Source of the DNA: an uncultured SAR86 cluster bacterium
Lineage (GTDB): Bacteria; Pseudomonadota; Gammaproteobacteria; Magnimaribacterales; Magnimaribacteraceae
Direction of reading: 5' to 3'
NCBI GenBank assembly: GCA_902594545.1
Contig: CACJMO010000001.1
Location: forward strand, 21,112-85,111
DNA: 64,000 bases
Every line of letters starts with the position of its first letter. The first letter of the stretch is position 1. The position numbers and the translations under genes are program-made. This document shows, in pieces, positions 1 to 10,477 of this stretch. The notes under the pieces are model-generated. The model ran no database searches, was not told where the DNA came from, and saw only the letters and a list, made by a program, of their open reading frames with translations.

Positions 1-395
1 ACAGGAACGTCCACCACGAGAACTTTTGAACAAAATTCTTTTTGATTTGTTTCAAACAAAAGTGGAGAAACTAAAATTGTATAAGGGCTCTTTGATGAGC
101 TCAGCTCTTCCTGTATTTGATTTGCGATTGCAGGATGAAGCAAAGACTCAAGCCATTGTTTTTCTGAATCAGAGTTAAAGATGATCTCTCTGAGCTTTGC
201 TCTATCAAGTTCTCCTTCTGGAGTAAGAATTTCATTGCCAAAATGCTCTTCGATAGAATTCAGTGAAGGCTTACCTTTTTCAACGACTACCCTTGAGGCA
301 AGATCTGCATCCACGATCGTAATTCCCAATGCTTCAAAACTATCTGAAACTGCTGTCTTTCCGCTACCTATTCCTCCTGTTAAACCAATAATCAT
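1..395 (-). CDS. coaE: Dephospho-CoA kinase (5' part; runs off the left window edge)
   Basis: Not in the ORF track. The reverse strand from ATG at 395 reads MIIGLTGGIGSGKTAVSDSFEALGITIVDADLASR..., the CoaE N-terminal P-loop signature. Confidence 0.93.
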   Translation of the reverse strand, partial: MIIGLTGGIGSGKTAVSDSFEALGITIVDADLASRVVVEKGKPSLNSIEEHFGNEILTPEGELDRAKLREIIFNSDSEKQWLESLLHPAIANQIQEELSSSKSPYTILVSPLLFETNQKEFCSKVLVVDVP

Positions 396-425
396 TACTT
401 CGATATTATCAAAAGGTCGTCTAGA

Positions 426-1265
426 TTAGGTAGTTATTATTGTCTTTTGCAAGAAATCAATCGCGGCATTGGCAAAGACATCATTTCTATCGCCTGCAAT
501 CATGTGCGCTGCTTTATCAATCTCGACGAATTCTGCATGCTTGATTGTACCCATAAAGTCTTTCACTTCTTCTTCCGTGACTACATTACTCAACGCTCCG
601 CGTATCAGGAGAGTTGGTATGCTAACATTTTCTGCATAATTTCTATGCTTAGCTCTGTGTTCAGTTCTATCGGCAGTTCTAGATTGAATAAATTTTGGAT
701 CCCAATGCCAGTAGTACCTTCCATCATCTTTAAGCCTTAGATTCTTCTGTAATCCTGAAATATCTTTGGGTTTTTCTCTATGAGGCAAATAGGCAGTTAT
801 AGCATCGGAAGCATCTTCTAATGATTCAAACCCGTTAAATCCTGAACTCATGAACTCCAATATTTCATTAGAACCTTCTTCATTTGGATAGATTCCAATA
901 TCTACCATAACCAGAGCTGTGCAAATATTTTGAAATTCCGTATCTCCTGCTGTACTCAAAGATACCATGCCTCCTAGAGAGGCGCCGATTAATGAAGCCG
1001 GCTTTCCTATCTGCTCTATGATGGAAACAAGATCGGAGCGGTAGCTTTCAATTGCGTAATCACCCTCTTCACTCCAATCACTTTCGCCATGACCTCTTAA
1101 ATCAAGTGCTACAGCATAAAATCCAGCAGATGCTAGTTTCTCAGCAGTACCCTTCCAGGCATGCCTTGTTTGTCCTCCTCCATGAAGTAAGATGACTAGC
1201 GGTTCATTTGGGTTACCTTCTAAGGTTGCTTCTATATTAAGACCTGAACTAACTTTAAATTTCAT
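426..1265 (-). CDS. Alpha/beta-fold hydrolase
   Basis: HGGGQ oxyanion motif, DLRGHG, GASLGG nucleophile elbow, C-terminal AAH catalytic His. Confidence 0.88.
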   Translation of the reverse strand: MKFKVSSGLNIEATLEGNPNEPLVILLHGGGQTRHAWKGTAEKLASAGFYAVALDLRGHGESDWSEEGDYAIESYRSDLVSIIEQIGKPASLIGASLGGMVSLSTAGDTEFQNICTALVMVDIGIYPNEEGSNEILEFMSSGFNGFESLEDASDAITAYLPHREKPKDISGLQKNLRLKDDGRYYWHWDPKFIQSRTADRTEHRAKHRNYAENVSIPTLLIRGALSNVVTEEEVKDFMGTIKHAEFVEIDKAAHMIAGDRNDVFANAAIDFLQKTIITT

Positions 1266-1340
1266 GGGTATTAAAATTTCTGAAAAGAAAAGAAGAATTG
1301 TTCCATATTTAGTGAGAAAATCTAGGAAATAATTTGACTT

Positions 1341-2675
1341 ATGCAGACTGCTCCAAAAACTTTTAAAGAAAGACTGAAGTTCATCGGCCCCAGTGTAATA
1401 GTGACTGGAAGTGTAGTGGGAAGTGGATCTATAGTCATGACTCCTTTATTGGGTGCAGCTGCGGGCTTCCTTTTATTGTGGTGGCTACTTTTAAGTATGT
1501 GGAGCAAGCCAATTATCCAAGCTGAAATAAGTCGGTACGTTGTAGTTACGAGGAAAACTTTTCTGGAAGCATTTGCAGATATGCCAGGATTTAAAACCAC
1601 AATTCAAGGTAAAACAACTTCATGGCTAGTCTGGTTTATGTTCATCGGGGTCATTCCTTCAATAGCCGGAATGGGGGGATTGGCTGGAGCAGTTGCTGAA
1701 GCCGGGAATACCATGTTTCCTCTATTAAGTACTGAGGTTTGGGTCTTTATTTCTTGTTTAATAACATGGCTATTACTATATTTTGGATCATATAGAAGTC
1801 TTGAAAAAACTTTATTAGCCATGGTTTTATTCTTTTCTTTTATGACCTTGGTAATAGCTTTATCAATGCAATCAACTGAGTATCAAGTTAACCTTAATCA
1901 AATTTCGGAAGGACTCTCGTTTTCTTTACCAACCGAATATCTTCCCCTTGCTTTGGCTGTCTTTGGTTTTACAGGAATAAGTTACGGAGAAATCATGGCT
2001 TATACCTATTGGTGCTTAGAGAAAGGCTACGCTGAAGATACCAATAATGATATTGAAGAAAAAAAACATTGGATTAAAACCATGCAAACGGATGTATGGG
2101 TAACAGTATTTTTTATCACTATAGGAACTCTTCCGTTTTTCTTTTTAGGAGCAGGGGTCTTAAACAATGTTCCTGAACTGCAGGAGTCTTTAGCAACCAG
2201 TTCATTCTGGGATGTTGATGTTATAAGTTCTCTACAGAATATGTTTTCACTAGTTCTAGGCGGTTGGGCTAAATGGCTATTTATTATTTTGGCTTTCTTT
2301 GTTCTCTTTTCAACTCTGTTATCAGGTACAGCTGCGTTTACTAGAACTATATCGGATTATTTAATTTCGATGGGCTTAGTAAGAGAGAAAACTGATACAA
2401 GAACAAAACTCATCAAGTTAATTGCCTTTGTTATTCCTTTTTTATCAGGTCTCTTTTATTTTATATTGCCCAATCCCATTACTTTGCTTCTCATAGCTGG
2501 AATATGGGCGGCTATGGGGTTGCCTATAGTGAATATTGGTGCCCTGTATCTTGTTAATAAATTAGAGCCTGCCCTGCAACCTAAAGTTAGTACAAAAGTC
2601 ATTCTGTGGGTAAGCTTAGTTTTACAATTATCTTTAGCTGGGCTCATTGTCTATGACATTGGCTTAAATTTTTAA
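1341..2675 (+). CDS. NRAMP-related (APC-fold) membrane transporter, substrate unknown
   Basis: About 11 hydrophobic segments; N-terminal GP..I.TG..VGSG pattern of NRAMP-related proteins; lacks the DPGN metal motif. Confidence 0.7.
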   Translation: MQTAPKTFKERLKFIGPSVIVTGSVVGSGSIVMTPLLGAAAGFLLLWWLLLSMWSKPIIQAEISRYVVVTRKTFLEAFADMPGFKTTIQGKTTSWLVWFMFIGVIPSIAGMGGLAGAVAEAGNTMFPLLSTEVWVFISCLITWLLLYFGSYRSLEKTLLAMVLFFSFMTLVIALSMQSTEYQVNLNQISEGLSFSLPTEYLPLALAVFGFTGISYGEIMAYTYWCLEKGYAEDTNNDIEEKKHWIKTMQTDVWVTVFFITIGTLPFFFLGAGVLNNVPELQESLATSSFWDVDVISSLQNMFSLVLGGWAKWLFIILAFFVLFSTLLSGTAAFTRTISDYLISMGLVREKTDTRTKLIKLIAFVIPFLSGLFYFILPNPITLLLIAGIWAAMGLPIVNIGALYLVNKLEPALQPKVSTKVILWVSLVLQLSLAGLIVYDIGLNF

Positions 2676-2685
2676 GGAGATATAA

Positions 2686-4002
2686 ATGGAATTAGTGAAA
2701 TGGCCATTCCTAAAACAAACTTGGGGTATAGAGTTTGAAAGATCTGAAGGTGCTTACCTGTATACCAAAGATGGCAGAAAAATATTGGATGCTGCTGGTG
2801 GAGCTATAGTAAGCAACATAGGTTATGGAAGAGAAGAAGTTGCTGAAGCTGTTGCTAATGCCTTAAAAAGTAATACATATGTACTTCCTCCATTTTTGAC
2901 CCCCGAAAGAGAGACCTTGCTGGATGAGCTTAGAGAATATTGGCTGCCGCCTCATTTGACCAGAATTCATCTTTCATCCGGAGGATCGGAAGCAAATGAA
3001 TCAGCTGTTAAATTAGCAATACAATATCAAGCTAGTCGAGGAAAACCTGAAAAAAATATAATTTTAACCAGAAATCTTTCCTATCATGGTACTACTCTAA
3101 ATATGTCCGGTATTTCAGGCCACATAGCTAGGAAAAGAGGCTTGGAAAGCTATGTTCCTAAACCTGTATCTATTGAAACCCCCTACCCTTTAAGATGTCC
3201 AATCGGGAGTTTCCATCCTGATGCTAAGGATTACTATCTTGATGATCTACGTGACACCATAAAAAAAATAGGTGCTAATAAAATTGCTGCTTTGCTGATG
3301 GAACCAATCAATGGTTCAAGCGGGGGCGCAATCTCTCCACCAGATGGTTACTGGCTGGAGGCGCAAGAAATATTAAAAGAGAATGACATTCTCTTAATTG
3401 CAGATGAAGTAATGACTGGATTTGGAAGAGTGGGTTCAGATTTTGCGAGTAATTTATATCAATTAGAACCTGACATATTAATTGCTGGAAAAGGCATGGG
3501 AGGTGGCTATGCCGCCATTGGAGGAACTTATAGTACTGACGAAATAGCAGACTCTATTGAGAAAGCTGGATATGAAGTAATGTTTCATACTTTTGCTGCC
3601 CTACCTCAATCTTGTGCCGCATCATGCGCTGTTTTGAAAATTCTTAGAGAAGAAAAGCTATGCAACAGAGTTGAGCCGCTTGGAAACAAAATTATTGAAA
3701 GATTGACCAAAAAGCTAGGTCAGCATCCTCACGTAGCAGAAATTAGAGGCAAGGGATTATTGATTGGGATTGAAATAGTTCAAAATAAAAGCTCTTTAGA
3801 ACCTTTTCCAGAAGAACATAAGATTACAGGACAAGTTATGCAAAAGGGTCTGGAGCAAGGTGTATTTCTTTATCCAGGAGGAACGGGTGAATACCGAGAC
3901 ATAATATGTATAGGTCCTGCTTTTATTATAGAAGACAGTGAAATTGATCAAATAGTAGAAGTGGCTGAAAGCTCGATAAAAGCTGTTACCGAACAATATT
4001 AA
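2686..4002 (+). CDS. Class III PLP-dependent aminotransferase
   Basis: SGGSEANE, SYHG, LIADEVMTGFGR and AGKG (PLP lysine) motifs. Confidence 0.92.
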   Translation: MELVKWPFLKQTWGIEFERSEGAYLYTKDGRKILDAAGGAIVSNIGYGREEVAEAVANALKSNTYVLPPFLTPERETLLDELREYWLPPHLTRIHLSSGGSEANESAVKLAIQYQASRGKPEKNIILTRNLSYHGTTLNMSGISGHIARKRGLESYVPKPVSIETPYPLRCPIGSFHPDAKDYYLDDLRDTIKKIGANKIAALLMEPINGSSGGAISPPDGYWLEAQEILKENDILLIADEVMTGFGRVGSDFASNLYQLEPDILIAGKGMGGGYAAIGGTYSTDEIADSIEKAGYEVMFHTFAALPQSCAASCAVLKILREEKLCNRVEPLGNKIIERLTKKLGQHPHVAEIRGKGLLIGIEIVQNKSSLEPFPEEHKITGQVMQKGLEQGVFLYPGGTGEYRDIICIGPAFIIEDSEIDQIVEVAESSIKAVTEQY

Positions 4003-4012
4003 GCTAATTTAT

Positions 4013-4489
4013 TTAATACAAGTCTTCAAAAAGTTCTGGGTAATCTCTGATGAGTCGGTTATTTAGACGATTAATCATTCTGTTCGTAGTCCTAAAACTT
4101 ATCTCAAGAGTATCTGAGCTTATTTCAATTTGCTTAGCAAGGAAGGATTGCCCTGACTCTTTGCTAATAAAGTCATAGTAAGCAGATAGTTCCTCTTCAG
4201 TAAATTTATCGAGATATAACTCCCTAATATCGAGCTTTATTTCGGAAAAATATTCATCCAAAAAGGGATCAAGAAACTCTTCGAAATTGTCTACAGAAGA
4301 AATATCTATGTCCATATCCCTAAGAGCCATGTAGGTAATCTCTACAATTTCTTCTTTAGTATCTTCTGAAAACTGCTTCGCCACAATAAAGTCTAATTTC
4401 TGATCAAAATCAATATCAGCACTAACAATTGAAGAACTTATAAAAATGCTCAATAAAATTAATATTCTCATCAAGTTATATTCAGACAT
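4013..4489 (-). CDS. Secreted acidic hypothetical protein (DUF2059-like)
   Basis: Signal-peptide-like N-terminus; LYLDKFTEEELSAYYDFISKESGQ resembles the DUF2059 Y..FT.EEL...F..S..G pattern. Confidence 0.55.
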   Translation of the reverse strand: MSEYNLMRILILLSIFISSSIVSADIDFDQKLDFIVAKQFSEDTKEEIVEITYMALRDMDIDISSVDNFEEFLDPFLDEYFSEIKLDIRELYLDKFTEEELSAYYDFISKESGQSFLAKQIEISSDTLEISFRTTNRMINRLNNRLIRDYPELFEDLY

Positions 4490-4596
4490 AAACTAAATAT
4501 ACGTCAAAATGTCGATAGTTTGAAGATGAGTTACATAAAAAAAGAAAGTTATTGCGAATAACTAAATCTTTTATCTAACTTTAAGGAAAATTAAAA

Positions 4597-4672
4597 TGGT
4601 GGAGCCAGTCGGGATCGAACCGACGACCTCATCCGTGCAAGGGATGCGCTCTCCCAGCTGAGCTATGGCCCC
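4597..4672 (-). tRNA. tRNA-Ala(TGC)
   Basis: Reverse complement GGGGCCATAGCTCAGCTGGGAGAGCGCATCCCTTGCACGGATGAGGTCGTCGGTTCGATCCCGACTGGCTCCACCA: cloverleaf, anticodon TGC, G3-U70 pair, encoded CCA. Confidence 0.97.
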
Positions 4673-4730
4673 ACTTTGGGATGCGTAGATTACCAAAAAC
4701 TTTCAACTAAGAAAGAATTATTTTTATTTT

Positions 4731-5423
4731 TTAACTGGCATTTGCCATTTCCTCAATAGAATCATTAATTCTTTTAAGTACAGCTTGCTGGTCTAGGTCC
4801 TTAGTGAGTTTATAGTGTGGATGACTTAAAGTAGCCAAATCTTTAGCAACCTCAAGAGATTTGGACATTAGTTCATCAGGATCAACTACTTCATCTAAAT
4901 AGCCCGCATCTACAGAATCAGAAATAGGATAAGCTTCTGCGTTTAGAATGGCCCTATACCAGTGATTTTTCAATATTCTTGATTTTGAAATTTCAAGGAT
5001 TGGCGTCGGAATAGCCATTCCATTTCTAGTTTCATTTGCTTGAACAATAAAATTACCAGCAGCACCCAATCTGTAGTCCGCACAGCAAAGAAGAAAAGCT
5101 CCTAATGCAATAGCGTGACCACTTGAAGCTGCAATTACTGGTCGAGGAAAACTATAAATTCTTGAAAGAAGTTTAAAACCTGCAGTTGTCATTTCTAGGG
5201 CAGCTTTAGGATCGCCTCCTGATATAGTTTTCAAATCAAATCCAGCTGAGAATAGTCCCGGTCTACCCGTAAAAAGTAATGAACCTTTGTCATCTGGCAC
5301 TTCATCTAAAAGAGCATTAATTGTGTTGCTCATATTTGCAGAGAAAACATTAGCCTTTCCATCATCTAATGTAATTATCGAAACATCATCATGTTGTGTA
5401 AGAGTTGCAGGTTGATCCATCAT
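4731..5423 (-). CDS. Crotonase / enoyl-CoA hydratase family protein
   Basis: FSAGFDL and GHAIALGAFLL crotonase motifs. Confidence 0.88.
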   Translation of the reverse strand: MMDQPATLTQHDDVSIITLDDGKANVFSANMSNTINALLDEVPDDKGSLLFTGRPGLFSAGFDLKTISGGDPKAALEMTTAGFKLLSRIYSFPRPVIAASSGHAIALGAFLLCCADYRLGAAGNFIVQANETRNGMAIPTPILEISKSRILKNHWYRAILNAEAYPISDSVDAGYLDEVVDPDELMSKSLEVAKDLATLSHPHYKLTKDLDQQAVLKRINDSIEEMANAS

Positions 5424-5493
5424 AGTTTTTCCTTTTAATTTATCTTTCTTCCTATAATCTTATAAGTGGTTCCATAACTCAAATGTTTTAGTA

Positions 5494-6273
5494 ATGAAAT
5501 TTTTTAATAAATTATCAAGATCAGTTAAAGGGAGAGTGGCCGTCATAACAGGAGCAGGAAGTGGTATGGGGGAAGCTACTGCTAAAGTTTTTGCTGGAGA
5601 GGGAGTAAAAGTAATTGCAACGGATGTTAATTTTTCTGAGGTAGAAAGAGTTGCTGAAGAGATACATTCTATGGATGGAGAATGCGTGCCTTTCTGTTTA
5701 GACGTAACTGATAATGCCTCTATAGAAGATTGTATAAAGTCCACAATCAATACTTATAATGCATTAGATTTTGTTATCAATAATGCAGGAATTTCGTCTG
5801 TAACAAGTGTTGATGATAAAGATTATGAACAGTATTGGGATGACACATTAAATGTAGTTTTAACCGGTCAAGTTAGACTTATTAGATCTGCCCTGCCACA
5901 TCTACTTAAATCCAAGAATGGCAGAATTGTTAATATCTCCTCAACAGAGGGGTTTGGCGCATCTCCTTTTCACAGTCCTTATACCGCTGCAAAACATGGA
6001 GTTATTGGGCTGACTAGGTCCTTAGCGCTAGAGCTTGGACCCCAAGGCATAACTGTTAATTGCATTTGCCCTGGTCCTATAAATACGAATATGACTTCTG
6101 CTATAAATGATAAGGATAAGATGATTTATGCTAAAAGAAGAGTTGGCCTGAAAAGGTATGGAGAACCCGAGGAAGTTGCTCATGCAACATTAAATTTATG
6201 CCTTCCTTCATCGTCATACATTAATGGCGTTTATCTACCAGTTGATGGCGGCCTTTCAATAAGAAGAGCGTAG
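5494..6273 (+). CDS. Short-chain dehydrogenase/reductase (SDR)
   Basis: TGAGSGMG, NNAG, YTAAK (YxxxK) motifs. Confidence 0.93.
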   Translation: MKFFNKLSRSVKGRVAVITGAGSGMGEATAKVFAGEGVKVIATDVNFSEVERVAEEIHSMDGECVPFCLDVTDNASIEDCIKSTINTYNALDFVINNAGISSVTSVDDKDYEQYWDDTLNVVLTGQVRLIRSALPHLLKSKNGRIVNISSTEGFGASPFHSPYTAAKHGVIGLTRSLALELGPQGITVNCICPGPINTNMTSAINDKDKMIYAKRRVGLKRYGEPEEVAHATLNLCLPSSSYINGVYLPVDGGLSIRRA

Positions 6274-6284
6274 AGGAGTAAAAT

Positions 6285-7922
6285 ATGCATACTAATATTC
6301 TTTTAATTCTTGTTTTATTTTTTGTAGTAACTTCGTGTTCACAAACAGAAAATATCAATGAACAAAATATACACTTACATGTCAAAGAGCTCTCTTCAGA
6401 CAAATTTGAAGGCAGAGAACCTGGTACGGTAGGTGGTGAATTAACTAAAAAATACATAAAAGAGAGCTTTAAATCTTCTGGACTCCAACCAATAAAAAAG
6501 GATTTTTTACTAGAGGTTCCTTTGTCAAAAATGGAAGTTAATCTTGATGAATCTTACTTAGAATTTAAAAAGGCTAAAGATCAAAGAATTTTGATACCTG
6601 GGAAAGAAACGGTTTTTTGGTCTAAGAGAGTTAAAGAAACAATTGAAGTCAAAGATAGTGAAGTTTTATTTGTTGGTTATGGAATAGTTGCTCCTGAATA
6701 TGAATGGAATGACTATGAGGGCATTGATGTTAAAGGTAAAACACTAATAGCTTTAATTAATGATCCAGGATTTAAAACTCAAGATCCCAATTTATTTAAC
6801 GGCAATGCCATGACTTACTACGGTCGATGGGTGTACAGATTTGAAGAGGCTGCGCGACAAGGTGCTGAAGCGCTCATTATCATTCATGAAACTGCACCTG
6901 CTTCTTATCCATGGAAAGTAGTTCAAAATAGCTGGTCGGGTAAGCAAATTGACTTAAAGAGACCCAACCTTGGCATGGATAGAATAAAAGTTGAAGGCTG
7001 GATTACTGATGAAGTTGCAGAGGAATTATTCAGTGAAGCTGGTCTAGACCTTGAACAACTCAAAGAAGATGCTCTATCCAGTAACTTTAAGCCAGTGCCT
7101 CTAAAAGACTTCAAAATGAATGCGAAGCTATCTAATGACTTAAGCTTTTCGGTTTCTCATAATGTTGGCGGTATAAAAGTTGGATCCAAAAGACCCGATG
7201 AATATGTTTTGATGATCGCACATTGGGATCATCTGGGGAAAAGAGAAAGCCATTCTCCCAGCAATGATCAAATTTATAATGGTGCAGTAGACAATGCTAC
7301 CGGTGTAGCAGGTGTGATTGAGTTAGCCAATTCTTTTAAAAATGTAGCCTTGGATAGATCTCTTTTATTCCTTGCTGTTACGGCTGAAGAATCTGGACTT
7401 CTAGGGTCTCAGTACTTCGCAGAGTACCCTCCTATAGAGCTATCTAATATTGTAGCCGGATATAACTTTGATGGAATCTTGCCAACTGGAAAGACGAGAG
7501 ATGTTGTGGTCGTAGGTTACGGCGCTTCAGAGTTAGAAAATATACTTGAAGAGGAGCTCAATGAATTGGATATGTACATAACTCCAGATCCTGCTCCTGA
7601 GAAAGGCTTCTTTTATAGATCAGATCATATAAGTTTTGCCAAAAAAGGTGTTCCAATGCTTTATGCAGACGGAGGGGTAGATATAAAGGATGGAGGTTTA
7701 GAAGTAGGAAGTAAGATGTCCAATGACTATACTCAATATCACTATCATCAACCTTCTGATGAGTACCAAGACTCTTGGGACTTAAGTGGATTTAAAGATC
7801 ATCTAGAAATTACTCGAAATATGGTTCTTCGCTTAGCTAATTCTGAGGAATGGCCAGAGTGGTATGAAGGGAATGAATTTAAAGCAATTCGAGAAGCTTC
7901 AAAAGAAATAAAATCTAACTAG
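6285..7922 (+). CDS. M28 family metallopeptidase with PA domain, probable lipoprotein
   Basis: VTSC lipobox-like site; AHWDHLG, GAVDNATG, AEESGLLGS, RSDH and YHQPSD zinc-ligand motifs. Confidence 0.9.
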   Translation: MHTNILLILVLFFVVTSCSQTENINEQNIHLHVKELSSDKFEGREPGTVGGELTKKYIKESFKSSGLQPIKKDFLLEVPLSKMEVNLDESYLEFKKAKDQRILIPGKETVFWSKRVKETIEVKDSEVLFVGYGIVAPEYEWNDYEGIDVKGKTLIALINDPGFKTQDPNLFNGNAMTYYGRWVYRFEEAARQGAEALIIIHETAPASYPWKVVQNSWSGKQIDLKRPNLGMDRIKVEGWITDEVAEELFSEAGLDLEQLKEDALSSNFKPVPLKDFKMNAKLSNDLSFSVSHNVGGIKVGSKRPDEYVLMIAHWDHLGKRESHSPSNDQIYNGAVDNATGVAGVIELANSFKNVALDRSLLFLAVTAEESGLLGSQYFAEYPPIELSNIVAGYNFDGILPTGKTRDVVVVGYGASELENILEEELNELDMYITPDPAPEKGFFYRSDHISFAKKGVPMLYADGGVDIKDGGLEVGSKMSNDYTQYHYHQPSDEYQDSWDLSGFKDHLEITRNMVLRLANSEEWPEWYEGNEFKAIREASKEIKSN

Positions 7923-9448
7923 TCCATTTCTTTGATTAAAGAATAAATATGTAATCTATTTACTTCCTTTTTTCCTATATTTTCTCCTAATTCATACCAG
8001 CAGTCTTCGCTTGCATTCATAAGTTCCCAATTTGGAATATCTGATCCATTTGGATTTCCTGTTTTGGAGAAATTTGTCCAGTATGAAAGCATGCATCTTG
8101 ATAGCTCTTGGTTTTCAATAGGCCCTAACCCTGCCACTCCAAAAACATAGCCTATTTCATATGCGTGAAAAGATCCCAAAACTTCTCCGACCTTGCCAGA
8201 AGGTTTCTGTGTGAAATGATAGAAATATATTTCTTCGTTTCTAGATGCCATAGCTTTAGAGGCAAAGTAAGAAGGTGCACCAAAAAGCGCATCTCCCAAT
8301 AATCTTTTGCTTGAAATAACCATTTCTTCTTCGTCAGATGCAGGGTAGATTTCTAGAGCTTGTTCGTGATTTTTTCCAAATCTTCTTTCTATGATCTCAA
8401 GGTATTTTTCTACTGTATCTACTGGAGGAGGCTCATCAGGTAATGGGCTCCCCCAATACAGAGCAGTTCCTTCGTCTGCATTAGTACCTATTATGGTTGG
8501 TACTTTATGATTTATGCCTTTTTCGAAACCTTCTATAACTCCAGACAACATAGAAAGGTCATCTACAAAAAGAGTTGAAGGAAAGCCTATACCTTTTTGA
8601 ACAATTGTATCGACAGGCAAATTTCGCATCTTATCTAATTGGTCTGGACCCTCTTCCACTCCACAAGCAGCACAAAAAGATAAACCAAGCATATCTCCTG
8701 ACATACCCAGTTCATTTTTTTCTCTGTAATGCAAATCCATTCTTGCAAAACCACCGCTCTGCACAACAGCCTTATGAAAGAGTCCATTTGAGAGAGGAGA
8801 CACTAAAAGTGCTGCAACTGAAAGTCCACCAGCCGATTCACCAAATATAGTTATATTATCGGGATCTCCACCAAAACTTTCTATATTGGTTTTGACCCAC
8901 TCTAAAGCTTTTATTTGATCAAGTAACCCGAAATTAGTTGTAGGAGCGTCATCTTCTATGGAGGGATGAGAAAAGAAACCAAGCTCTCCCAATCTGTAAT
9001 TAATTGTCACTAGCAGTACATCTTTAGACAAGATTCCTTGAGGCAAATACGGATCTCCAGAACCATACCTTAGAGCACCTCCATGTATCCAAAACATAAC
9101 AGGAAATTTTTTATTCGGTTCCACATTTGGCGTGTAAATATTTAAACGCAAACAATCTTCAGATTCATTTATTGATTCTTCTTCGGGAATTTCTACGCCA
9201 TAAGCGCTGGCTATACTGCCTCTAAAACCTCCCTCTCCCATTCTAAATTGAGGACATTGAGGGCCAAACTCTTTTGCTTCAAAGACCCCATCCCAGGCAT
9301 TTGGTTCTTGAGGTGCTTTCCAGCGATTTTCACCTGAAGTATCTGCGCCGTAAGGTATGCCTTTAAAAAGAAAACCATTCTTCTTTTTTGCACCTGATAC
9401 AAGTCCTAAGTGAGTTTTGATAATCACGTCATCCGTTTTCTGATTCAT
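7919..9448 (-). CDS. Carboxylesterase type B
   Basis: FKGIPY, SEDCL, WIHGG, FGESAG catalytic serine motif. Confidence 0.92.
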   Translation of the reverse strand: MNQKTDDVIIKTHLGLVSGAKKKNGFLFKGIPYGADTSGENRWKAPQEPNAWDGVFEAKEFGPQCPQFRMGEGGFRGSIASAYGVEIPEEESINESEDCLRLNIYTPNVEPNKKFPVMFWIHGGALRYGSGDPYLPQGILSKDVLLVTINYRLGELGFFSHPSIEDDAPTTNFGLLDQIKALEWVKTNIESFGGDPDNITIFGESAGGLSVAALLVSPLSNGLFHKAVVQSGGFARMDLHYREKNELGMSGDMLGLSFCAACGVEEGPDQLDKMRNLPVDTIVQKGIGFPSTLFVDDLSMLSGVIEGFEKGINHKVPTIIGTNADEGTALYWGSPLPDEPPPVDTVEKYLEIIERRFGKNHEQALEIYPASDEEEMVISSKRLLGDALFGAPSYFASKAMASRNEEIYFYHFTQKPSGKVGEVLGSFHAYEIGYVFGVAGLGPIENQELSRCMLSYWTNFSKTGNPNGSDIPNWELMNASEDCWYELGENIGKKEVNRLHIYSLIKEMD

Positions 9449-9495
9449 CTTTTTTTTCTTTCTTGTTAAGGTATTTATCTTACATTAAACAAAAT

Positions 9496-10476
9496 ATGAA
9501 CAAAAAAATTATTATCGATACGGATCCAGCAATGGGCACTAAAGGGGGAGATCCAGAAGATTGTTTCGCAATAATGCTTGCAATGAACTCTCCTGAACTT
9601 GAGGTATTGGGAATTACAACAGTTCAAGGCAATGTTCCTGTAGAGAGGGGTTACAGTAATGCCAAGTATTTAGTTACGGAATTAAACAGAGATATACCTG
9701 TACATACAGGCAGACCGGGAACTTATGATAAAGATAGGAATGAAAAGAGAAAATGGTTAGGTCAGCGTCAAGAAATGGAGCAAATTAATCCTTTACTGGA
9801 TATTGATGAAGATTTAAAAGGTGCTCCAAAATTTATAGTTGAAACTTCTCAAAATAATTCAGGAGAGGTGGAAATAGTCACTATTGGTCCTCTTACCAAT
9901 ATCGCACAAGCACTGGATATTGACCCTAACTTATCAAATCATGTTACAAAGATAACAATGATGGCAGGTGCAGCCACTGTGCAAGGCAATGTTACCCCTG
10001 CAGCTGAATTTAATGTATGGGCGGATCCTGAATCAGCAGCTAAAGTCTTCTCTTCAGGTATACCAATTAGAATGGTGCCATTGGATGTATGCCACAAAAC
10101 AAGATTTGGACGAGAAGATCTCAATAAAATAGGAACAAATAAACACCCTTTTTGTCAATTTGTGCAAGAGGCCGTAGACCCTTGGCTGAAAATAAACCCA
10201 AACCAAGCAATCATTGATCAAGGATTGCATTTATATGACTCCTTAGCAATGGCCTTATGTTTTCAGCCCGAATTAGCTGAATATAAAGAAGCATTTGTAT
10301 CTGTTGAGACTAAAGGAGAATTTACCGATGGAGAAACTGTTTGTGAATTTAATGAGTCCATCATGGGACAAATTTTTAAACCGAAACCTAATTCAGAAGT
10401 AGCGCTCGATATAAATGTTGAGGGTTTTAATGAATTATTTAAGGAGAGAGTAATTGATTTCTTAGTGGATCTATAG
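9496..10476 (+). CDS. Nucleoside hydrolase (IUNH family)
   Basis: IIIDTDP, IGPLTN, AEFNVWADPESA motifs; ATG at 9496 preferred over the TTG start at 9463 in the ORF track. Confidence 0.88.
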   Translation: MNKKIIIDTDPAMGTKGGDPEDCFAIMLAMNSPELEVLGITTVQGNVPVERGYSNAKYLVTELNRDIPVHTGRPGTYDKDRNEKRKWLGQRQEMEQINPLLDIDEDLKGAPKFIVETSQNNSGEVEIVTIGPLTNIAQALDIDPNLSNHVTKITMMAGAATVQGNVTPAAEFNVWADPESAAKVFSSGIPIRMVPLDVCHKTRFGREDLNKIGTNKHPFCQFVQEAVDPWLKINPNQAIIDQGLHLYDSLAMALCFQPELAEYKEAFVSVETKGEFTDGETVCEFNESIMGQIFKPKPNSEVALDINVEGFNELFKERVIDFLVDL

Positions 10477-10477
10477 A

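Noticed and set aside
181-429. 82-aa plus-strand ORF
   Set aside because: Antisense shadow of coaE.
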